64,000 nt of DNA from an uncultured delta proteobacterium (GTDB lineage Bacteria > Myxococcota > Kuafuiibacteriia > Kuafuiibacteriales > Kuafuiibacteriaceae). The notes below the pieces were generated by a model. The model did not search any database. It had not been told where the DNA came from and saw only the letters and a program-made list of their open reading frames with translations. The stretch is taken from the NCBI GenBank assembly GCA_963803435.1, contig CAWDML010000009.1:96001-160000 (forward strand), given 5' to 3'. A program made the position numbers and the translations under genes. Below, in pieces: positions 57,569-64,000 of this stretch. Position 1 is the stretch's first letter. Every line of letters begins with the position of its first letter.

Positions 57569-59416
57569 GTGCTCGGCGCCGTGGTCCTGCTCCTGGTCTA
57601 TGGCATCGCCGTCCTGCTCGCCCGGGCGCTCCTCTATCAGGCGGGTGAGCCGCGCTGGTCGATCACCCTTGCGCTCGCCACCATGATCCAGGTCGCGATC
57701 ACGGTCTCGATCGAGCGCTTCACCGCGAACATGGTGCTCGCGACGCTCCTCTTCGCGGGCATCGCGCTCTGTGGGATCGCTTGGCTCTGGCGGAGAGGCC
57801 CCGCCTACCCGCCGCTCGCCGTCGATCACCGGCCCTCGCGCCTGGCGCTCGCGCTCGCGGCCCTGGCGCTGTTCATGGTCTGCTTCGCCGCCCTGCGCGG
57901 CTTCTGGTGGGACGAGGCCTTCCTCCACTTCATGCTCGCCAACACGATCGGCCGAGGGGTGGTACCGCCCGTGCATCCGCTCTACCCGCTGGAGCCGATG
58001 CGCTACCACTACGCGTACGACTTTCTCGCCGGGCAGATCCGCGCGTTCACCGGCCTCAGCATCGTCCACGCCCTCGACATCGTCACCATCTGGTCCTTCG
58101 TGCTGCTGCTGATGAACGCAGCCGCGATCGGCGGCGCGCTGGCGGGCCGGACCGGCGCCGGGCTCGCGATGATCCTGATCCCGTTCGGCACGGGGCTGCT
58201 CAGGTACTTCCTCTTCCGCGACTTCGGATCGATGGAGCTCCACTGGTCGATGATCCCGGACGCCTGGCTCGATCCGCTCCCCCCGCCGACCATCTCGAAC
58301 TTCTTCCAGCACCCCCAGGGCCTGGGGATGCCGATCGCGCTGGCGGTCCTGGTGCTCTTCGACGGTGCCGAGGTCTCGCGCCGGCAGCGCCTCGCCCGCA
58401 TGTCCACCGGCGCGCTCTTGCTCGGCTTTCTCTCGGTGGCGCAGGTGGCCTTCTTCCTGGTGCTCGGCGCCATGCTCGGTCTGGCCGTCGTCTGGCGTGC
58501 CGTGCGCGAGCGCGCGATGAAGCAGGGCCTGATCGAGCTCGGCCTGCTCGCCGGCGCGCTCGGGGTCGCGTTCCTCCTCGGCGGCGTGTTCGAGCCGGGC
58601 GGCGCGCAGGAGCAGATGCTCGCCTTCGGCCAGAGCTTCTTCCCCGATCCGGTCGGCCGGCGGATCCTCCGCTATCTGGTCCTGTTCGGCGTTCCGCTCT
58701 TGGCGCTCCCGTTCGCGTACGCGAAGCTGCGCAGCCGCCCCAGCATGCTCCGCGTGGCGCTCCTCGGCGGCGCGGTGATCGGCTATTTGCTCCCGAACTT
58801 CGTCATCTACGAGCGGAGCTGGGACGTCGTGAAGTTCCTCGGCATTGCCACCTTCTTCGCGAGCGCGCTCGTCGCCGATCTCCTCTCGCGCGCCCGACCG
58901 ATCACGATCGCCGTGCTGGGCCTCGCCACCACGGCGACCGGCTGGGCGTTCCTCGCCCGCATGAGCGTGATGGACGGGCAGCTCGGCGTGCCCGCCATGC
59001 ACTTCGGGCGCCACCACCCGATCGACGACCTCGTCGCCGATCGGCTCTCCCCGCTCGTGGGACCGCGGGAGCGCGTGCTCTCCCTGTTCGAGGGGACCGC
59101 GCAAGGCGGGGGCTTTCTCACCCCGGGCTTTCGCTGGCAGACGCACGGCGCGACGTACATGATGGATCGCGCGGCGCTCGATCGGCTGACCCGGGCCCAG
59201 CTGCGGGCTGCCCGCGATCTCGACCCGGAGTCGCTGGCCGAGCTCGACGTGAGGTACGCGGTGTTTCGTCCGATCGACGTGGCCCGCCTCTCTCCCGCCG
59301 GTAAGCGCGCCCTTCAGGATCCCGAGCGCTTCGAGCACCTCTTCGACGTCGAGCTGCGCGGGGAACGCCGTCACGTGTACCGGATCGTCTTGACTGGGAA
59401 GGCGGTCGAGCATTGA
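57569..59416 (+). CDS. Polytopic membrane protein, GT-C glycosyltransferase-like
   Basis: About 13 TM segments. WWDE..LH......I..G..PP.HP.YP..P.RYHY.YD loop and a C-terminal periplasmic domain. Confidence 0.7.
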   Translation: MLGAVVLLLVYGIAVLLARALLYQAGEPRWSITLALATMIQVAITVSIERFTANMVLATLLFAGIALCGIAWLWRRGPAYPPLAVDHRPSRLALALAALALFMVCFAALRGFWWDEAFLHFMLANTIGRGVVPPVHPLYPLEPMRYHYAYDFLAGQIRAFTGLSIVHALDIVTIWSFVLLLMNAAAIGGALAGRTGAGLAMILIPFGTGLLRYFLFRDFGSMELHWSMIPDAWLDPLPPPTISNFFQHPQGLGMPIALAVLVLFDGAEVSRRQRLARMSTGALLLGFLSVAQVAFFLVLGAMLGLAVVWRAVRERAMKQGLIELGLLAGALGVAFLLGGVFEPGGAQEQMLAFGQSFFPDPVGRRILRYLVLFGVPLLALPFAYAKLRSRPSMLRVALLGGAVIGYLLPNFVIYERSWDVVKFLGIATFFASALVADLLSRARPITIAVLGLATTATGWAFLARMSVMDGQLGVPAMHFGRHHPIDDLVADRLSPLVGPRERVLSLFEGTAQGGGFLTPGFRWQTHGATYMMDRAALDRLTRAQLRAARDLDPESLAELDVRYAVFRPIDVARLSPAGKRALQDPERFEHLFDVELRGERRHVYRIVLTGKAVEH

Positions 59417-59425
59417 GTCGGGCCG

Positions 59426-60208
59426 TTGGAGCTGGGTGAGATCGTCGGCGCACCCTGGTCGCGCGAAGCGTACGTCGAGCGTGTCCGATCGGTGGTCGAT
59501 CGCTACGAACGTCTCTTGCGTCTCGCGGACCACCCGCGGGACGGCGCGCTCCTGATCCACCTCCTCATGGCGCACCCCGGCGCGCTCCGGGAGAGCGCAG
59601 CCCTGGAGCGCCCCGAGATCAATCGACGGCTCGCGGAGGCCCGGACCGAGCTCGAGAACGTGCGCGCCGCCGCCCCGCTGCCCGCGCCGATGGGACGGCT
59701 CGATCGCACCCGCGTGCTGGCGCTCGCCGACTTCGAGCACGCGGTCCGCGAGCTTCGCAGCGCTCGCCGCCGCCGGCGGCCCGGCCTCCCTCGTCCCTCG
59801 GAGACGCTGCGCACCGTCGCCCAGGCCGTAGCGGTGCGCCACGGCGTGCCGGACTTCTTCGAGCACCTGTTCCCGAAGCGGAGCGCGCGCGCGCGGGTGC
59901 GCGTTGCCCGCGCCGACGAGATCGCCGAGGGGCAAGCCGTGCGCGTGGAGGCGTTCGGCCGCATCATCGCGGTCTTCCGCGATCGCGGCGAGCTCCTCGC
60001 GATCGATGACAGCTGCCCGCACCGCGGCGGTCCGCTCGGCATGGGTACCGTCGCCGGGGGCGCCGTCACGTGTCCGCTCCACGCGTGGACTTTCGATCTA
60101 CGGAGTGGAGAGATGCGCGGGAATCCGAACCTCTGCATCCGCACCCATGCGCTGGCGATCGAGGCGGGCGAGGTCTTCCTGATCGCCCCGGGGGAGAACG
60201 TGCGGTGA
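59426..60208 (+). CDS. Protein with a C-terminal Rieske (NirD-like) 2Fe-2S domain
   Basis: CPHRGGPL..G and CPLHAW.FDL.SG. Confidence 0.8.
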   Translation: MELGEIVGAPWSREAYVERVRSVVDRYERLLRLADHPRDGALLIHLLMAHPGALRESAALERPEINRRLAEARTELENVRAAAPLPAPMGRLDRTRVLALADFEHAVRELRSARRRRRPGLPRPSETLRTVAQAVAVRHGVPDFFEHLFPKRSARARVRVARADEIAEGQAVRVEAFGRIIAVFRDRGELLAIDDSCPHRGGPLGMGTVAGGAVTCPLHAWTFDLRSGEMRGNPNLCIRTHALAIEAGEVFLIAPGENVR

Positions 60209-61965
60209 CGGAGATCGCGACGGCGCTCGCTGTGCTGTCGCTGTTTGCGGGTCCGGCCGCACGAGACTGGCGGCCCCGCGAGCTCGTCGTCGCACCCCAG
60301 CGGATCGATCGCTACCCGGAGCTCCAGCGGCTCGCCTTTCGCTATCTCGGGCGGCCGTACTCCATGGGCGGCGTGGGGAGCCCGGCGTTCGACTGCTCGG
60401 GCTTCGTCTGCCGGGTCTACGCCGAGGCGGGCTATCCGCTCCCGCGCGTTTCGCGCGATCAGGTCCGCGCCGGCGCGCCGGTCGATCTCGAAGCGCTGCT
60501 CCCGGGCGACCTCCTCTTCTTCGCGGATCCGGGCCGTCCGATCTCGCACGTCGGGATCTATCTCGGTGGCGGCGAGATGGTGCACGCCTCCTCCACGCAT
60601 GGAGAGGTCACCGTGAGTGATCTGGGCGCGCGCTGGTTTCGCCAGCGGCTGGTGGCGGCGCGACGCGTCCTGACCAGCACCGCGGGTGCTACGCCGGGCC
60701 CGGCCTTCGCCGAGGTCGAGCCGCGAGAGCTGGTCGAGCACGACGATTCGCCCTTGCTGCCGATGCTGCGCCGCCCGCCGCGCCGGCCGCCGCCCTCGTT
60801 CGGGCCCGAGCTGACGGGCGAGGGTGAGACCTCGATCGGGCTTCGCAGCGCGCTTCTCACCGAGCGCGGCGTGCTCGGCGTGACGCTGGTGCCGGAGGGG
60901 ACGCTGGCGCTCGACTCGATCGCGCTCGCGATCTCGCTGGCCGTGCCGATCCGATTCGAGCTGAAGGAGACGCCGTCCGTGGGGACGTTCCACCACCCGG
61001 GCGACTACGCGCGCTTTCTCCGCAGCGCCTCGCTGGGGCTCCCGGGCGCCGACCTCGAGCTGTCGTTCTCACGGCTGGGCGACTATCGGCTCGCCGGAGG
61101 CTTCCTGGTGCGACGCCTCGCGCCCGGCAGTCAGGCGGGCGGCATCGCCGGGCTCTCGGTCGAGACCAGCCCGCTCACCTTCTACGGCGCGGTGCGGACG
61201 GACGTGGTGCGGCTCGAGGGGTTGATCGACGATGTCTTCGCCCCCGCGATCACGGGCGCCGGTGCGGTGGTGCCGCTCTTGGACCGGCTCGAGCTGGGCG
61301 CGGCCTACGTCACCGATCAGAAGGCGGGCGCGCCCGATCGGCGGCGCGCGATGAACGGCGTGGAGGCCGATCTGAAGGTCCGCGCGCTCGACCGGACGGA
61401 CGTGTCCCTCGACGTCTCCCTGGCCGGCGCCGGCGTGGAGGCGCTGGCCGCGTTCGGCTTTGGCGGAACCCTCTCCGTCGACGGCGAGTACCGCTTCGGC
61501 GCGTACGACTCGGCGATCGGCCTGGTGGCCCGGGGCGGATGGCTCGGACCCGGGATGCTCTCCGAGCTGTTCGGACCCACCTATCCGGCGGATCGCGCCG
61601 CCCACCTGGAGGCGCTGGCGCGCGTTCGCGGCCGGCCGGTGGTCGGCGGGGAGCTCACGCTGCGCCTCGGTCGAGTGACGGTCGGCGGAGTGTTCGAGTC
61701 CGGGGTCGGACCACACCGGGATGCGCTCGATCAGATCGTCGAGGCGCTGGTGGAGGTCCAGGGTCTCCGGCTCGGCGGTACGCATTTCCTCGACCTGCGC
61801 GGGGCCTACGCCTCCCGGTCCCTCTTTCGCGACGAGCCGCGCGTCGACGTGCTCTTCGGCTCGGTTCGACTTCGCTATGCCTCCTGGCTGTTCTTCGAGC
61901 TCTACCTCAAGGAGGCTGGAACCCTCGAGGGTGGCGGCGGTGTCACAATCACGTGGATTCCGTGA
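60205..61965 (+). CDS. NlpC/P60 (C40) peptidase fused to a putative outer-membrane beta-barrel
   Basis: YLG.PY..GG.....FDCSGFV, LPR.S..Q, PGDL.FF and HVGIY.G....HASS. The C-terminal ~350 aa has alternating beta strands. Confidence 0.8.
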   Translation: MTEIATALAVLSLFAGPAARDWRPRELVVAPQRIDRYPELQRLAFRYLGRPYSMGGVGSPAFDCSGFVCRVYAEAGYPLPRVSRDQVRAGAPVDLEALLPGDLLFFADPGRPISHVGIYLGGGEMVHASSTHGEVTVSDLGARWFRQRLVAARRVLTSTAGATPGPAFAEVEPRELVEHDDSPLLPMLRRPPRRPPPSFGPELTGEGETSIGLRSALLTERGVLGVTLVPEGTLALDSIALAISLAVPIRFELKETPSVGTFHHPGDYARFLRSASLGLPGADLELSFSRLGDYRLAGGFLVRRLAPGSQAGGIAGLSVETSPLTFYGAVRTDVVRLEGLIDDVFAPAITGAGAVVPLLDRLELGAAYVTDQKAGAPDRRRAMNGVEADLKVRALDRTDVSLDVSLAGAGVEALAAFGFGGTLSVDGEYRFGAYDSAIGLVARGGWLGPGMLSELFGPTYPADRAAHLEALARVRGRPVVGGELTLRLGRVTVGGVFESGVGPHRDALDQIVEALVEVQGLRLGGTHFLDLRGAYASRSLFRDEPRVDVLFGSVRLRYASWLFFELYLKEAGTLEGGGGVTITWIP

Positions 61966-62003
61966 GGTTGCGAGACAGGTGCCCGAATGCCAGCATCGGC
62001 CGG

Positions 62004-62909
62004 ATGGTGAGGGTGGGGAAGTGCCTGCTCCTGGTCCTGTTGCTCGCCGGCCTCGCCGGCTGCGAGGGGAAGCTCGATGAGAAGCGTTTCCGGCGGCGCG
62101 CCGAGAAAGCGTACATGGAGGTCCACCCCGGCTGGACGATCATCAAGCGGGACATCGGCGACACCACCTTCGTGCGCGGTGATCAGCTCGACGGCCTCGA
62201 CGTGAAGAAGCTGTTCGCCGAGTACCAGGCGAGCAAGCAGACCCCGAGCGACTTCTTCGACGCGTGGACGGCCGAGCAGAAGCGCATCGCGGAGTCGCGC
62301 AAGCGGACGCTCGGGCAGGCCAAGAGCGACGTCATTCCGATCATCAAGAGCGGCTCCTGGATCAACGTCCAGGACCTGGGCGCGATCGGTCCGGAGCGGA
62401 TGCGCGATCAGATTCGACCATGGCGCAAGAAGATCGCCGACGACGTCTTCGTGGTGCTGGGGGTCCCGGAGGAGAAGCTCGGCTACCGCTTCGCCTCCAT
62501 CTCCGAGGTCTCCGAGTCGAAGGACGGGGAGAAGACGTGGCTCGATCAGGCCGTCGCCAACGTGGTGATGAAGGCCGGCACGAGCACCGGCGCGGTCGCC
62601 ACCAACGGCAACGACGGCCGGCTCCTGGCCCTCGACTTCGCCAACGTCGACGGTGTCTCCGCGCTGATCCTCGATGCCCGCTTTCGGCAGAGCATGCTCG
62701 CCCGCTTCAACCTGACCGATCTGGGCGCGGCCGTCCCGATCCGGAACGTGCTGATCGTGTTCGACCCCAAGGACTTCATCACGATCAAGCCGATCGCAGC
62801 ACGCGCGCACATGCTGTACGACACCCAGAACCACCCCGGCTTCCGGGGTCTGCTCCGGTTCGATCGGGACAGCATCACCGTCCTGCAGCCGGCGAAGCCG
62901 ACGAAGTGA
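62004..62909 (+). CDS. Lipoprotein, DUF1444-like
   Basis: LAGC lipobox. A.AN...DG.SA.IL...F......AVP.R.VL pattern. Confidence 0.65.
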   Translation: MVRVGKCLLLVLLLAGLAGCEGKLDEKRFRRRAEKAYMEVHPGWTIIKRDIGDTTFVRGDQLDGLDVKKLFAEYQASKQTPSDFFDAWTAEQKRIAESRKRTLGQAKSDVIPIIKSGSWINVQDLGAIGPERMRDQIRPWRKKIADDVFVVLGVPEEKLGYRFASISEVSESKDGEKTWLDQAVANVVMKAGTSTGAVATNGNDGRLLALDFANVDGVSALILDARFRQSMLARFNLTDLGAAVPIRNVLIVFDPKDFITIKPIAARAHMLYDTQNHPGFRGLLRFDRDSITVLQPAKPTK

Positions 62910-64000
62910 AGGATCTCGACATCGTCCTGTTCGGCGCGACCGGCTTCACCGGCCGGCTCGTCGCCGAGGTGCTCGTCGCCCACGCCGGCGGTGCCCGCTG
63001 GGCGGTGGCCGGGCGCAATCCCGCGAAGCTGGAGGCGCTGGTCGCCGAGCTCGGTTCGAGCGTCCCGATCCTGACGTGCGACGCGAGCGATCGCCAGGGC
63101 CTCTCGCGGATCGTCGAGCGCACGAAGGTGGTGTGCTCGACGGTGGGTCCCTACGCGCTTCACGGGACGCCGCTGGTGGAGGCGTGCGTCGAGGGCGGGA
63201 TCGGCTACTGCGACCTCACCGGTGAGTCGCACTGGATCCGGGAGATGATCGACCGCTTCCACGCGCGCGCCGTCGACACGGGCGCGAGGATCGTCCACTG
63301 CTGCGGCTTCGACTCCGTCCCCTCCGACCTGGGAGTGCTGATGGTCGCCGACCGGATGCAGGAGGAGCATCGGCGGAGGCTGTCGCGGGTGCGGGCGCGC
63401 GTGAAGCAGGCCGAGGGTCGCGTCTCCGGCGGGACGATCGCGTCGGCGCTGGGTATCGTGGAGGCCTCGCGAGATCCTGCGGTGCGGCGGATCGTGCTCG
63501 ATCCCTACTCGCTGGATCCAACCGGCGGCCGGCGCGGCGCCGATTCCACCGAAGCACTGCTCCCGCACCGCGACGCGGACCGGGGCCGCTGGACGGCACC
63601 CTTTCCGATGTCCTACGTGAACGCGCGGGTGGTCCGGCGGAGCAACGCGCTGCTCGAGTATCGCTACGGCGAATCGTTCCGCTACGACGAGGCGATCGAC
63701 ACCGGACGCGGGCTCCGGGGATGGAGCCGCGCGCTGGCGATCTCGCTGGCGATGGGCGGCTTCACCGCCGCCGCCGTCACGCCGGGCGTGCGCGGTCTAT
63801 TGAAACGATTTCTCCCCCGCCCGGGCGAGGGACCCTCGCGCGACGAGCGCGAGCGCGGGCGCTTCCGCTTCGAGCTGATCGCCGAGAGCGAGGGTACGCC
63901 GCCCCTGACACTCGTAGGTGTAGTGGCGGGCGAGGGCGACCCGGGCTATGCGGCCACTTCGCGGATGTTGTCGGAGTCCGCCCTCTCACTGGCGCTCGAC
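62906..64000 (+). CDS. Saccharopine dehydrogenase-like / trans-acting enoyl reductase family oxidoreductase, 3' truncated
   Basis: GTG at 62906 reads DIVLFGATGFTG, AGRN..KL, TVGPY..HG, YCDLTGE, CGFDS.PSDLG, SGGT and GDPGY.AT..ML.ESAL.LA. Confidence 0.92.
   Translation, partial: MKDLDIVLFGATGFTGRLVAEVLVAHAGGARWAVAGRNPAKLEALVAELGSSVPILTCDASDRQGLSRIVERTKVVCSTVGPYALHGTPLVEACVEGGIGYCDLTGESHWIREMIDRFHARAVDTGARIVHCCGFDSVPSDLGVLMVADRMQEEHRRRLSRVRARVKQAEGRVSGGTIASALGIVEASRDPAVRRIVLDPYSLDPTGGRRGADSTEALLPHRDADRGRWTAPFPMSYVNARVVRRSNALLEYRYGESFRYDEAIDTGRGLRGWSRALAISLAMGGFTAAAVTPGVRGLLKRFLPRPGEGPSRDERERGRFRFELIAESEGTPPLTLVGVVAGEGDPGYAATSRMLSESALSLALD

Overview
High-GC, gene-dense bacterial DNA with a Myxococcota-like gene set: Cys-rich and VWA lipoproteins, PEGA/TPR proteins, a Ser/Thr kinase, FIST and SycD-like TPR proteins. 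About 53 CDS are supported. Housekeeping genes include a DEAD-box helicase, dcp, ilvE, ychF, an MltF-like enzyme and an acyl-CoA ligase. I found no rRNA, tRNA or CRISPR array. Two small non-autonomous mobile elements sit on stop codons: an IS4-like MITE (81-bp tandem hairpin units, 12-bp TSD) and an internally deleted IS1182 remnant (46-bp TIRs, CTAG target). The best candidates for undescribed biology are: (i) an operon joining a degenerate CpaF/TadA-like ATPase, a P-domain lipoprotein, a SycD/LcrH-like chaperone and a candidate substrate; (ii) an ankyrin protein with a His...Cys (Q-x-x-G-N-C) domain resembling Legionella AnkH; (iii) a duplicated VWA plus Cys-rich lipoprotein module; (iv) a highly structured intergenic RNA candidate of about 157 nt; and (v) several pseudo-enzymes (Fic, kinase, trypsin, ATPase) plus a tandem pair of LbH paralogs. 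About eight genes carry frameshifts, most likely uncorrected sequencing indels. All family calls come from motif reading by eye; no searches were run.
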